DNA from: Amoebophrya sp. A120
Lineage: Eukaryota; Protista; Dinoflagellata
NCBI GenBank assembly: GCA_905178155.1
Contig: CAJINV010000014.1
Location: 840,116 to 904,115 of the forward strand
Direction: 5' to 3'
DNA: 64,000 bases
This document shows, piece after piece, positions 1-13,306 of this stretch. The notes beneath the pieces were generated by a model. It saw only the letters and a list, made by a program, of their open reading frames with translations, did no database searches and was not told the origin of the DNA. A program made the translations under genes and the position numbers. Every line of letters starts with the position of its first letter. The first letter of the stretch is position 1.

Positions 1-1618
1 TTCCAAATTCTATTGTAACGTTTGAGATTGTAACGTTTGAGCAGGTCATAGAGCCGCTCCATCTTTTTTCCGTCCGCAACGCCGGTCAGTTCCAGAGCCT
101 TGTTGTATTTGTAGTCCAGGGACACGATCAGCATGTGCGTATTGACGCCGCCCTGCGCGATGGAGCCGTCGTCCAAAATGGTGCCGGCCGGAACGGTCAG
201 CGCGTCCTGCGCAACCAGCCCGAGGAGCTGTTTGATGATGTGTGTCTTGTATTGTTTGATTGGTATCTCTATCTATGTTTCATCTGTATTTCCTTCGTCC
301 TTCTCCTTTCAACAGTGAAAATTTTATGTGATCAACAAACCATTTAAAACATATGCAGTGTCGTTGTAAGACTGAGAGTCCGTGCGTGATGAATATGAAA
401 AGTATGAATTTACCTGGTGCCTTTTTTCGAAGCCTTTGCTCGCGAGCAGAGAAAACATTTCGTTGAAAACCGGGATGAAGTCCTCCAGATCGAGCTGAAA
501 CGTCATGTCCGGTGGGCTATCAAATGCAAACATGTCTGGGTCTGGAAGATTGTCATGCTAGTCTGGCATGACTCTGCGCTCTGTATTGCGCGGCCACCAA
601 GAGGTCCTCTTGCCGGTCATGCAAAAGCGCAGTTTCTCATGCGAAATACGCATCACAGAAGCACCCAAAAACTTGTCATACTTGGCGGCGCATAATTACA
701 GAGCACTTATTGTTCGCGGACTTGCATCACAAGTTTCCAGACCCAGACATATTTGCAATGCATATGGGCTGTCCTTGAGGTCGCGGTTGTACCGTTTCTT
801 TACCAAATCGAAAACCATCTCTTGCAGGGTGCTCTGGTCCGTTTGCGTCTATCCTGTGTAAAAACGTCCCCATCTTCCCAGAGTTGTATATGCATATCTG
901 CATGCTCAAAATGTTTCTCATGCGGAGCCCCATGAGAAGCATTTTCTAGTCATGTTTTGGAACTTGTGATGCTCCAATCAGCATAGTATGCTAGATCTGT
1001 GATGCTACCGAACTAGCTGAACAGGATTACACTGCGCGGCCAAACTTGTCATGCGCAACAGCCAAAGCTGGCTGATTTGTGTAGCAGATTTCCCATCTTG
1101 GCTATGGGGAGGTGGGGACGTTTTTACACAGGATAGCGTCCCGAAGTCTGCTAGGTTTGACTCGCACTCCCGGAACAGCTCGCCCAGCTCGTACGCATCC
1201 ACGGTGCCGCTATCGTCAAAGTCGAACCTGTATGGATTGCAAAAGTGTCTGGGTCTGGACGAATACAAACTTGTGATGCACATTTCAGAACACAGAAAAA
1301 TCTCTCATGCATGGGTAGCAAAAGCTGCCCACTTTCTGTCACCAAAGTGGGGGATTTGTCATGCGGATTCGGCATTGCGGAAGCTTCTCGAAACCTGTAA
1401 TGCTACAGCTTCCATGCCAGACCTTCTGCGTCATGCAAAAACAGCATGACTCTTCCAGACCCAGACACTTTTAGATTTGATAACCTGTAGAACAGCGCCT
1501 GCGCCGCCCGCATCCTGTCGTCGTCGGTCCATAGTCGCGGGTCGATCGGAACGCCCAGCTTCTTCGCCCCGGCAAAACTGGGTTTACAGCACGCTGCCGA
1601 CGAGGAAACGACTCCCAT
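1..1618 (-). CDS. N-acylated EF-hand protein with probable metacaspase (peptidase C14-like) domain; multi-exon, continues beyond window start
   Basis: Removing three introners (+5 nt each) joins MGVVSSSAACC...ALFYR|FDFDDSGTVDAYELGELF (EF-hand loop)...GT|QTDQSTLQEMVFDLVKKRYNRDLKDSP|PDMTFQLDLEDFIPVF. A downstream exon (about 50-250) reads HMLIVSLDYKYNKALELTGVADGKKMERL, resembling the metacaspase first strand (ALLIGINY...LxGCxND). The His/Cys dyad would lie outside the window. Confidence 0.6.
518..764. mobile_element. Introner family A (TIR tatcaaatgcaaa..tgtctgggtctggaa)
   Basis: TIRs; direct repeat TGGGC at 513-517 and 765-769; removal restores frame. Confidence 0.9.
850..1135. mobile_element. 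Introner family B (TIR tatcctgtgtaaaaacgtcccca)
   Basis: Perfect 23-nt TIR; direct repeat GCGTC at 845-849 and 1136-1140. Confidence 0.92.
1231..1482. mobile_element. Introner family A, 252 bp
   Basis: TIRs; direct repeat ACCTG; close to 28956-29212 and to the reverse complement of 62642-62893. Confidence 0.93.
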
Positions 1619-3727
1619 CGTTTTTTTCTTCAGAACATATAGCCCCTTTCACGGCGAGCGTACGAGGACCTCCGGTGGCGTGCTTCCAGGAAGTTGTAGA
1701 CAATTAAAGCGATTTCTTACCACAAACATTTGCCGCAGCTCATGCTATTCTTCACTTCTGCTTCAAGTTTAAATACTAAACGGTAAACAAATTTGTTCCA
1801 TAATACATAGCTTCTCCGTGGTCTCTCCACTCCCGTAAATCCAGAATTCAGTGGACCCCGTCTTGCCCCCTCTAGTTATCAATTATTCCCTCGAGATCAT
1901 ACATATTGCGGGCACTTTTCAATCGTCCACCGAAGAAACAGGATCATGTCGTGCGTGGACATGTTACAAGGAGACCTATTTTGTTTGCATGAAGATCATC
2001 TGCATCTCTCATGTCTACTACGTCCGTAGGGTAGAACACCAATAGCTTCTCTGCATATATTGAAATGCACCAGAGCACGCGTGGTTTCTATTGAAATTAA
2101 TTGCGCCACACACAAGCGGGGACCACAGGCCCCTGCAGAAAACCCTTATCTCTTTGCAGTGTCCGAGGATCATCGGCAGTATGTAGCTGCTCTTTGGTCT
2201 TTGACCCACAAGTCTAGCAGAGCAACGCTTGTGCTTCGTTCTTTTCTACCACTGAACTACTTAGTACAACCTAGTAAATTATACACGACTACTTCATCGC
2301 GAGCCAGTAATTCTTCATGGAAGACAGGATCTTCCGACGTCTCAATACCCTTTCAAAAAAGTTCGAGATCATCTTTCTATACCAGCATGGGAAATACTTC
2401 TTTTTCTTTTATCTTTAAACTTTACTACAACTACGTAAGAAGCCACAAAATAGCCTGTGGCTAAAACTGACAACCACTCCCCACGACCGCGTCCGATGTT
2501 GGAAAAGCTGCCTGTGGGTGTAGTGAAGGTTACACTTGTGTTAATGAACATTCACATCGTCAACAGAACTTGAACCCCCTGTCAAACGATACTGATTTAG
2601 ATTTATTTCCCATTTGGAAATTAATTGAAAAACATTTTTAAACTAACTGTAACTATGTCTTGACTCAGTGCAGCAGCGTTCTTCTCGTCCCTCAACCTTC
2701 GGAAAAAATGAGGACAGACGGAACTTCTGCGAGTACAACTACAAATCGAGATCTACCCTGAGCAAAATCCAAAGGTAGCCACATTCCATCCAATAGTCAA
2801 GATGGGACAAATTCTTCAGCATAGAAGACAAGTCCGGAAGAGGTACTTATTTTTGGGGAGACGAGCCACGCAGGACGACGTTGGCATGGGGTATGTGGTG
2901 TTGTAGTAGATGACAAGCAAGCCTCGTCTACTACTTATCCACAACTTCAGCAACTACTTATTGTTATTGCACTGGACAGTTAGAGTTGTTTTTCTGACCC
3001 TCAGGGTCAGCAGTTTCCCGATCACTATTTGATGGCCTCTGCCTCCTGCAGCAGGCGCCAGGACGAGAACGGGGCGGCGACGTGCTTCTCCTGCGACGGC
3101 TCGGCGACGTGCTCCTGGAGCGTCTCAAGGGGCAGCGGCTAGAAGTAATTGAGGGATTCGCGGCTTCGCCCCGTAGTTTCGGCACCGGAACCACCGTGGT
3201 CAGCAGCAGCATGGGCACAAGCCCGCCTTCCAAAATCTCTTCTGTTAAAGTTTGGAGCACTTCCAGCTTGCCGTTTTTATTAGGGTCCGTTAGCAGACCG
3301 CGAATCTGAAATCTCCGCTCTTCTTCACTGAGCACCTGGAGCACTAGCTGCTTCGAGACCTGCAGCACCCCGAAGTACTTGGAGTGCTTGAGAAGACAGA
3401 GACTTGCCAAAAAAGGAAAGTGGATTCCAGGCGGAATCCGGTACACGGAAACTTTTTCTACTTTCTTGGTCCTCTCCTTTATCCTACAGAAAAGCACAGA
3501 CCATGTACCAGGAAAAAGATATTAAACTTCTGTTGCTATAATTTTCGCCTCGCCAGAGCCTCTGTGTACTGCGGAGACCGCAAGAAAAGCAATTCATCTC
3601 CGTCATTGAGAATAGAGTTTGTAGTGCGTTTCAGGAGCGATTATAATCAATCTTTTATAGAGTGACCAACAAAGGTTGTCATGCTGAAAGACCTAAAAGG
3701 TGTCAAATGAAAAACCGCAACATAACT

Positions 3728-6700
3728 TCAAGTTTGTTCTGGCATGGGTGTGCTTTTCTGTGGGATAACGTTCGCTTGTACCGACACCAACTCGTTGAAC
3801 TGTTTGAGCATATCCTGAGTAAAAACGATCCCATCCCATAGTCAAGTTGGGAACTCTGCAACACAAAGACAGATCCAGCAGGAGAGGTTTTGCGAATATT
3901 AACACATGGCAAGTCTTTCTCTGTATTGTAGTGCAGGTTAGCAACGGCAGCCGGATCATAAAGCCATCGCCTTATGCTGTTTTCAGCCTTACAGATGTCA
4001 AAATTCGCCTGAAAATCCCTCTCATGGGGATGGGCAGGACAAGCGTTCCTGTATGCCGTTGCCGATGCCGTTGTGATGTCTGCATGACAATTCAAACTCT
4101 GGGAAGGTGGCCACGTTTTTGCTAAGGATACAGGACACTCAGATCCTTTAACTCTACCCCTTTGGGAAGTTTAAGCTGCAGGCTCTTCAGCAGCGCGCCA
4201 GCCTCAATCTTGTCGACCCGCAGGCTCGGCCCCCCTTCCGCTGCTGGTAAACTCCACTGGGAAAGAAGTCCGGCGAACGGCTGCGTGGTGTTTTCTTTGC
4301 CGTCCCGTTTTTCTTGTCCCACCTGCGGCTTTATTGCTCCTTGCACATGCAGGACGTCCCGAAAGCCCGCGACGTACCTTTCAAGAAGAGTCTCCATGGG
4401 GGCGCCTGCATCTTCAAACCTTGCACGTTCCTTGATTTGCCTCATCTCGTACCGTGCAGCCGCCAGGGCGGTCCCGCGCTGTTCGGCCTCGGTCTTCAGC
4501 GCCTCGGCCTCGGTCTTGAGCGCCTCGGAGCTCATGCTCATCTTCGACAGGCTCCTCTCTCGCTGACGCTGCCATATTTCCCAGCTCTTCTGGTACGTCG
4601 CTTCACGTATTTTTAGCCTCCTCTCCGCCTCAGCCACCACCCTCTCCGCCTCGTCAAAACGCTTGCTGATATCCTTCTTGCTCACTTGATTTGCAGCAGC
4701 TCCTCTCGTCTTGCCCCGTTGCTTCTTGATACTTGTGTCATGAAATGTAAAAATTTGTTCGGTTTTAAGGACTTGTCTTTGCTCCTCCGTCAGGTCTAGC
4801 TGTGCTTTCCGTCGCAACGTCTCCTGCACTCGGTCCGCTCTCTCGAGCGCTTCCTCTTCCTTGGCCGTCATCTCATCTCGTGGAGATGGACTCCGACGCG
4901 CCCGCAGCGACGCCCTCATCTCCCACGCCGGGTAGACGCCATACGAGACTGCCTGTTCCGCGGTGACCTGCTCCCCTGCAAACCCTTTCTTGGCAAAATG
5001 CACGTTCGCCTTGTAGATGTCAATCGCCAGCCGGTCGTACAGGATGACTGCCCATTTCACCGCGGCCTTGCACACGATCTGATGTTGGTTTTCTGCTGCA
5101 ATTGTGTATAACCCTGACTTAACGCGTCTGCCAAACGGAGTATCTCGCAAGATGGTTTCTACGCCCGCAGTTTCGCCCGTTAAAAGGTTCTGCGCAAACG
5201 GGCCTCCTGCCCGGCAAGCTTGATTCAACCTGCCCTCGAGATCGTCGATCTCTCCGTTGAAGAGCGTGCTTTTAAAGGCCTCCAATGCCCCCTTCGAAAG
5301 CCACGCGCCGAGGTCCCACTTAATAACATTTCCCTCTAGTTTCTGGTTTAAGGACTGAAATTCTGCACTCTGTTCGAAACGTTCCAACTGTCCGGACTTC
5401 ATTCCAGTTTCTCGGGTCATACGAAGCCTTCGCTGCTGGTCGGCACTTCGCTGGGCCTGTTGCGTTCTTTGCTGCGCTCTTTCCACCGGGTCGGGAACGC
5501 CGGACACGGGGGCGAGGTCCCGCATACAGATCGGCTCGCCCCGGACCGCTTTCTCCTGTATCTCCAGCAGGCGTTGCGCCCACTCTTCTCTCTCGCGGTC
5601 CCGGGCCGTCTCGCGCTCCTGCTCGATTTCCTGAATGAGGGCCTCCCAGTGGACCACTTCTTTCTCGTCCTTGCTAAGTTTCTGCACCACCCTTATCCCA
5701 AGAAAAAAGTGTTACTCCAGCTACACATTTCATTCTTGTACTTAACGACTTCAGCGGCCTTTTCGACTGCGACACGAATAAACTTGGAGCTCTGCATGAC
5801 TAGTACTACAGGCAAAACTTGCAATGCAGAGATCGTGAGGGCAGACACGTATCTATGAAACTAGGTCGTTCCTCTGCATACTTTCTTATTATCGGGCATG
5901 GCAGAACTTGTCGGTCTTGCTTGGCCTGCAACACAATGTGTTGCTGAAACACAAACGCTTTTTTCTTTGCATAACCTTCGTCCGCACCGCCCTGATTTCT
6001 TCTTGCTCCTCCGCCGCGGCAGCCTGCTCCAACTCCTTCGTGGCCCGTTCTTCGTTTAGCTGTGCAAGCTCCTCCTGTTGCCTCTTTTTTTCCTCATACG
6101 CTGCTGCTTCGACCTTTCTTCGCAGGTAGTCTTGCTGCGCCGGGAGCACCGCGTTGCGGATGTAGAGACCTTCCATGACGTTGATAACGGCGTGCGCCTC
6201 CTCCAAGGCCTGCCACGTGGCGACGAATTCTCTGTCCGCGTACCCGTGTTCCTTCGTTGCGTTCGTCACGTGCGCTGTACAACCCTCCTCCACAAACCTC
6301 TTCCGCGGGAGCACGCAGCGCCTGGCTGCTTTCACGAGGCGCACCGCTTCGCCAAGTCCCGGCCGGACGAGTGATGTGGCGCCCAATTGCTTCCAAAGTT
6401 CCAGGTAGTTGAACCTAGGCCGCTGCAGCTCGCTTTCACTTTCATCTTCATCTTGATAAACCACAGCGGCTTTCATGGCCGGTAAGAACTGCTCTTGCCC
6501 CCAAAGAACCGCAGCAGCCGGCGCGCCTTCATCACCTCCACGGGGCCGCGCACCTGCTCCGATTTTTCCTGCGTCATCTCGATCATCTCCCACGACAAGA
6601 AGTTGCGTGATTGCTTTCACGGCGTTCGAGATTTCTTTGACCTTCTCGTTCACGGACGACACGCTCGATACTTGTTCCCCAGTTGTACGTTCAACTACGC

Positions 6701-6968
6701 TGTCGAAAGACCCGTGTGCATCGGCGTGACACTCTAATTTTTTCGCCTCGGCATGCCGAATGCACTTGCTCTTGTGCTGTTCTTCTCGCAACCGCGCAGC
6801 TTCTATCTCTTGCCCCCGTTGAGCAGCTGCACTACGTTGCGATGACGCAGCCCCAGCCTGGCTCTTCTTGTGCGCTTTGCCGTTCAGAGCAAAGGCAGAA
6901 ACTCCAGACAGCAGTGACGCCCCTGGAGCAACGTGGTAAAGAAGCACGAGGCGGGAAAAACAGCTCAT
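3728..6968 (-). CDS. Hypothetical coiled-coil protein with signal-peptide-like N-terminus (about 880 aa, 3 exons)
   Basis: ORFs 5889..7070 and 4122..5690 join in frame (RTKV|VQKLSK) after removing element 5694-5973 +5 nt; last exon LKQFNELVSVQANVIPQKSTPMPEQT* follows element 3811-4130. Confidence 0.65.
3811..4130. mobile_element. Introner family B (diverged)
   Basis: tatcctgagtaaaaacg ... cgtttttgctaaggata termini; only a 2-nt flanking repeat remains. Confidence 0.75.
5694..5973. mobile_element. Introner family F (diverged)
   Basis: Left end tatcccaagaaaaaagtgttac matches the TIR of 26794-27001; near-repeat ACCCT/ACCTT. Confidence 0.7.
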
Positions 6969-8641
6969 CGCTTTCCTTCCGAGGGAGCTGGGGTTTTTTT
7001 CCACCGGAAGACGCCGACCCGTCGTCCGGCTGGAATCGGCCAACGTCAAGCACTGCTGGCGCTGCTCCATTTTTCTTTTTTGTAGCAGAATAAATGAAGT
7101 TTAGTACACTTAAATCGATATCAAAAAAAAAAACTGATTTTAACTTTTCGTGGGTCGTTCTTCTTGCTTCTTCGGTTAACACGATTTTGCAACTTTACTC
7201 CTTGAATAAATGAGGTGCGCATGCACTCTTGTTGTAATTTGGAGTTCTATTTTTACTATATTCGAAGGTAGTGGAGTGGAACTGTATGCACTAAGAATTC
7301 TGATCAAGAAGTAGTAGACCAATTACCAGACTTACTATTTTCGGTCTGCTCCTCTGATGTCAATTGCTCCTTATCCTCGTTCTTCGAGCTAGTGCTACTT
7401 TATTCTTCAGGCCTAGCAGAAAAAATTATACAATGTTTACGTTGTCCTCCGTAGTTTAGTAGCTACTCAAGAAGTTCCTTGACGTTTGTCTTTGATTGTC
7501 CTTGTTTCAGTTAGTTTGTAGATAATTTGTCGTTTCTTCTCACGTCTTCTGAGGATGATAGGAGTAAGACCAGCACGAGTGGCGGCCACTGTTGAGAATA
7601 AACCTGCTCCCAAATTTTGATGTTGGGGAAAACGCCGATTTTCATTTATCAAATTGGGCTTCATGATGCTCGTCCTTTGTAGTAACTATCAAGAGCACGT
7701 CGAAATTTTGCACTAAGCAGACTGAGAACTTTTTGATTTGCCAATGCACTGACCAAAGCACCGACTTTTATTTACCGAAAATGATGAACTGCGCAGGAAT
7801 TTGAAACTTTGTGACGCTCTTTGATGTTGATGAGGCCATGATGATCCGAATTTTGTTTTGTGCGAAGTACGCGATCTTCTGCTGTGATGCTGCAAAAAAA
7901 ACCTTGCTGATCTTCAGATTTTTCAACGTAACGATTTCGTGGGCATGTGATCATCATGTAATTAGGCTTGTTTTTGTTTACTTATGTTGACCACCGGATA
8001 TCATAATTGAAGGTAGCTGAGGATCAATCCAAATGATTTCATTCAGATTAAATGGAGCGGGTGCTGCCCAGAAAAGCGCAATGCCTACACTTATAATTCA
8101 TCTTGTAAGTACGCAACCCATGCTCTCGTCGCAGCCTCGACCACCGGCAGGAGCAGTCACATCGTGGCCTACTGCTACTTCTGGCATATTTAAAAATAAA
8201 ATACTGGATGCTGAACAACAGGGTCCTTACAGTAGGAAAAGGAAGCCGCAGACGACATGCAGATCGACCTGAAAAATTCAAATCAGTTCAAAAAACTCGT
8301 CGCTATATTCATTGTGATCCTCGTTTCTTTCCGCGATCCTCTACGAGTTGTTGTACTTCTGCCGGTATAAAAGTACTAGACGGCTCCGCTTCTATAATTC
8401 GTGTCATTTTTTTCCTGACTGGCTTCCAATCTGGCGTTGCCTTCTTCGGTCGTCCTCGAGGACGTCGCGCATACTTTTAACTTTCTTGCGCGAATACATG
8501 TTAGAACTACCTCTCGCTCCAAGAAATGAAAGTTGTAAAGTACTTACGTAGTGGTTGCTCCCCACGCAAGGGAAACGTGATTCCGCCCCTACCTACCATC
8601 TCCAAGGCTCGCGGTCGCGTTCTATCTTACTTTTTTCTCGA

Positions 8642-11598
8642 TCAGCTGTATAACTCGTGACTCGCTGAAGTCTTCCCGGCAAAATGAGTATTGTTCCCGT
8701 CGTCATCGTACTGCTGGTCGTTCCCGCCGCCACCGATGAATTGCTCCTGCATGTTCCGTATCACGTGCAAAAGTATCGCATTCGTAATTGCCGTCGTGCA
8801 TGACAAATTCTAGTCTCGCGGAACATATACGTAAGGGGCCTAAGCGCCATCACAAGTATTCTATTATTTTTCTTCCCACGGAAAAATTTGTTTTATTATG
8901 CAACTTTTGACCGATACGATATTACTTTTGCAATGCATATTCCGCAGTTCGTCCATGAGAAACTTTTCCTCCTCCGACTCCTCTACCTTACTGTCCAGCT
9001 CGGTTTGTTCCAACTCGTGCAGCTCCCGCTGCAATGCCTGCAATTCGTCTTCCACTTTCGGAATGAGCTCGTTCTGCAGTTGCTCCTTCCGGTGCTTGCG
9101 CTGGTTTTTCTTCTCCTTGAAGTTTTGCAGCTGCTGCTTCTTCTCCACATACAGTTCCCAGAACGTTGTGATATTCATGTCGTACTCGTATTCCATAGTG
9201 TTTTCTGAAAACACGGGGCCAGATGCGGCGTTTAGACCTCGTCCAGCCCTGCGCGTCCCCTTCCTACGGTCCTCATCCGCGTCATTACTGTTCATCTCGT
9301 CGTCGTCTTTTCCGTCACCAGCGCCTCCGAGGTTATTGTACTTTCTGACGGTACTGCTATCGCACGAAAAAGCTGCTTCACTGCGATAGTTTTGATCTTG
9401 AATGATAGATTTTGCAGGAGTTGTGTGTCGATGTTGACACCTTTTACTACTTACTTCGTCACACATAACAGAAGGAAGAAAATCTGCCACGCCTTCTCCC
9501 CAACGGGAAAACCACGTTCAAGAATGCCCTGCCCTGCGTGTTCTACAACTCCGCATCACAAGTTTACAACTGAAACAGCTTTTTGTTCTGTGCGATACCT
9601 ACTGCTCTCCCCGTTCGTGAGCGCAGGGATGGTGTCCGCGGTCAGAACAGCTCCACCGCCCGCGGATGATTTGCTTGCTGCAGAGCCTTTCGTGCCCGCC
9701 GGTGGTGGGATTAGCTGCTGCGCCAACAGCTGCTGCTCCGACTTGTAGCGGCCGCTGGACGAGGTTGTAGTGGTTGAAGCTGCGGCCGGGTTTAATAATC
9801 TTGCAGACCCGCCTCCTGTTGTAGTGGCACCGACGCCGAAGGCGGTCGTGGTACTTCCTGGGTATAACAAGGGCTGCTGTAGTTGAGACAACATCAATCC
9901 CGCGGTCTGCTGATCCACATGAGGCAGCTGCACACCTGGAGCCTGAGTTGTTGTACTACCAGTAGCTGCAGCGCCGCTGCAAGTAGAACTGAGCGTGTTT
10001 TTCCGCTGCGCTGGACCGCCTCCGCCTGCTGCGGCACTCCCGGGAGGCGCGGCGGGGGGCGGGAGTGGCTGCACCAGTTGGTTGTGCTGTCCGGGTAGAA
10101 GATTGGTTGAGCCTGTTCCTGGATGAAGCAGGCTGTCCAGCTGAAGGTTCAATCCGTTGTTGTAGAGTGCTTGCGGTCCACCACCACCAGCACCGAATGA
10201 CTGGTGGTCCAACTGCTGTTGCTGCGCCAACAGTTGCTGCTGCAGGTGCTGAATGGATTGCTGCAGCTGCAGTGCCTGTTGCTGGGGATAATTCGCCGGG
10301 GGCACGGTATTAAGAGGTGCCAAAGATCCCCCGGGCGTTGGACCAAGAAGCTGGTGGTGCTGTTGGGATAATAAAGACCCATGTTGCAACGCGGAGGTCG
10401 CTGTCCCAGGGAGGGAAGGTAGTTGCAGCCCGGGAGGTGGAGCTCCTGCACCATTGTGCAACAAATGCGGTTGCGGTGGCGGGATGTTGTTGATGTTGTT
10501 GTTGCTGCCGCCTAGATGAAGGCCGCCAAGCTGCGCCGCAGAAGAAGTTGTAGTCCCTGCTCCTGCGCTAGAAGTAGCCTTGGGCTTGGTCAACATTTGT
10601 TGATGTTGCTGTACCGTGGTCGCAGCAGGGGTGCCACCAGCACCACCTGTTCCTCCTCCCCCTCCTCCCGAGTTGTTGCTGTTTGTCCGTCGCGGACTGC
10701 GGTCGCGGAACCCGAGCATTTCTTTCAGCGGCGCCGTGGCCACGGGGTTAAACGTGTTCTGCAAGGGCCCCTTCAGCGCCACACCGCCCGCGGACGGGAG
10801 CGGCTTCTTCGTGGCCCCCTGCTGGATGGCGTTGGTGGGCGCGTTTTTGTTCGACGTGTCGCCGTTTATGCCGTTGCCGGGCCGCAAGTGCACGGGGTAA
10901 ACGACGTTCATGGGAGGCGCGACAGAGAGATGGACTATCCCGAAGCCAAAAGTATCATCGCACTGGCGCATATTGAATTGCACAGTCTCGCATCGATATC
11001 TGTAGTTCTTGCAGTTTTTCTTCTTTTTTTACTTAAATTTCCAATCGCATCACAAACTTCATTTTTATCTTGAGGAAACTAAACAAAAAACGGAATAATC
11101 CGTTCTTCCTATATTCGAAGTACGCTAGCAATACTTACTTTTGCAAAGCATAGTGACGCGGAAGAGGCAGCTCGCCTGGATGCGCGTGGGGTCCAAGGGG
11201 TTCCGCTCCAATCGAAAGCGCACCGGGATCGGCCCGGCGGCCACTTGCTGCTGCTGCATCAGAGTAAAGTGCTCCTGGAAATAGTCGCGGAACAGCTGGT
11301 TTTTTCCCTCGGCGTGGCTGTTGTACAGCACGTGTTTGGATCCGTCCAGGTTGTTCAAAAACTCGTCGGGCAGGCTGCAGGCCGCGGCAAACACGTTCTG
11401 GCCCTGCTGCACCTGTTCCGTTGAGGGCAGGATGAAGGCAAAGGGGCCCTTGGGGCCCTCTTTGATGTCGCGAATGTTCCCATCCAGGTACAGTGGCTCC
11501 GGGAGCGCCTGCCCGTGGTTGCCGCTGGTCTGTTGCTGCGCAATCAGCTGGGCCACATTGTCAAAGTGCTGCACCCAATCCTCCAGGGTTTTCGTCAT
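8642..11598 (-). CDS. Hypothetical protein: OB/cold-shock-like N-terminus, long Gln/Gly/Pro low-complexity region, coiled coil; multi-exon
   Basis: ORFs 11125..11598, 9556..10983 and 8864..9490 are separated by TAT..ATA elements (10971-11152, 9358-9597, 8759-8939); the latter two junctions are in frame. KGPFAFI and VRFRLE..IQA resemble CSD strands (weak). Confidence 0.45.
8759..8939. mobile_element. Introner family E (tat..tgcaaaagtat / tacttttgca..ata)
   Basis: Direct repeat TTCCG on both sides; imperfect TIR. Confidence 0.82.
9358..9597. mobile_element. Introner (F-like, TIR tatcgcac..aaaaagctg)
   Basis: Inverted termini; removal +5 nt joins two ORFs in frame. Confidence 0.7.
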
Positions 11599-12745
11599 TT
11601 TGTAGCTGATGCGTCGTAGATTAATTATGCTCGGGGTGGTCGCTCCTACGATCTGGTTGTACTACAGCTGGTCATGAATATTTCTTGCGGGCTTGAATTT
11701 GTTGAGAGGCGGGTGAATGAAGATGATCTTGCCCGCATCTAGAGTGCTTTTGCTGCTGTTGCTTGCAAACAAGCTCTTCGTCTACTTCCGTGGTTGTGCT
11801 ATGAAGATAAAAAGCAGCCTTGTAATTTCGTACATGGGGAATAGGAAACGAACTGGTTGACTTACATGTTGCAATAATTGGACTCAAAATCATAAATACT
11901 TTGGAAAAACTCGAATCTCGCTGAGAAAGTAGGCACGATGAAGAAAATGAGAATCAAAGAGAATGAAAATCGAAATCACAAATCCATTTGCAGTAAGCAG
12001 TGCCAAAGACGAAAAAATCTGAATGATCCTTCGGTTCAGGATCCGTCTTCCTTCGGCGTGGTCCTCGTAATATATACGGGGACGACCAAAAATGTAGCGT
12101 ACTACACCAGCCAAATGGACCTCTGCATCTATTCCAATCATTTCGATCCAGACCAACGGCGCCAAAAAAAATACCAAAGCAAACACTGATAAATTAAATT
12201 CAAAAGTAGACTCCTTTTTCGCGGACACGAGAACATTGCAAGTTGTGCAGCCGCAAAGCCGCACGTGGTTTTCAAGGGACGACGCCAGCCCCACTCGGGC
12301 TTCCAAGGAACGCGGACAGAGTCCCTCCGAGTCCGACGTCCTGCACCCTCGTCGAGAAATTCTTATTCATTTTTGTACAAAGAGAATATTCATGTCGCTT
12401 TCGATTTGGTTAAGCAACAGGCTCATCACATCTCAATACTGTGGAATTGTCCTTGTCGTTTTGATGTCGCTCATTACAAAGTCGTACTCGGTTGTGTCGC
12501 CATAATTCTACTAATTTGTTTTGTTGATAAAAGTAAACTTGTTCCTTTTAGCTGTGAGTGGTGCTAGTATTTTCGTATAAAAACAAGAAGGGCCAGCTTC
12601 CATTGCGGGATTGTCATTTCACCTCTCCTCCGCAACCCCGCGCGGCGAACGAACCCCGGAATCGGCCATTTTTTTCCGACCCCAGAAAGCGCACCCGCTT
12701 GTCGCTAATTTCGATACTGTAGTGATGAAGAGAAGCGCTCGCCAC

Positions 12746-13306
12746 TTATCCGCTCTTGAAGAGCAGCACGGCCACCTGTTATTTTGAACATCAACATTTA
12801 GTTTCATGAAACTCTTTCAACAACATGCTTTGATTAAATCCTGTTCATGCATAGTTACCATGCATTGCAAACTGAATTCCAAATACCTGTCCCAGGTAGA
12901 AGTAGATGAAGTGCTTGGTCTCGTGGGTCACATAACTGCCGAAGTTGCGGCCGACGACGCAGTGCCAAGTCTGTTTTGTGTTTTTGTTTTTGACATAAAA
13001 ATGATTCCATAGCGGAAATGCACTACAAAAAGTAGAAGTACACCTACACACAAACAGTAGACCCCAGTAAAAATAAAATCAACATATCTTATCATATCCT
13101 CATCGAAAACCAAAGCGGCCAGCAGTATCCTTGATTGATAGTTGTACCGGGTTGTATTTTTTGTCGAACTCCTTCTTGATGAAGGCCGCGATGTCCTTCT
13201 CGATGTTGTACTTCTCCAAAGCCTGCATGGCGCAGTCGATGGCGTCCTGCTGCATATCCTCTGCCATGTCGGCATTCTTGATTACTGCTTTTCTGTCCGC
13301 CGACAT
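12746..13306 (-). CDS. DYNLL1: Dynein light chain LC8, 90 aa; exons 13306-13148, 12970-12887, 12775-12746
   Basis: [14 protein letters not shown]...KKYNP|[28 protein letters not shown]|VAVLLFKSG*; two canonical GT-AG phase-0 introns. Confidence 0.98.

Noticed and set aside
2964-3497. 177-aa ORF with RS-rich tract as an SR splicing factor
   Set aside because: No RRM visible; probably an exon of an unresolved gene, too weak to call.
11890-12670. Possible small multi-exon gene starting MADSGVRSPRG
   Set aside because: Could not determine a consistent exon chain or homology.
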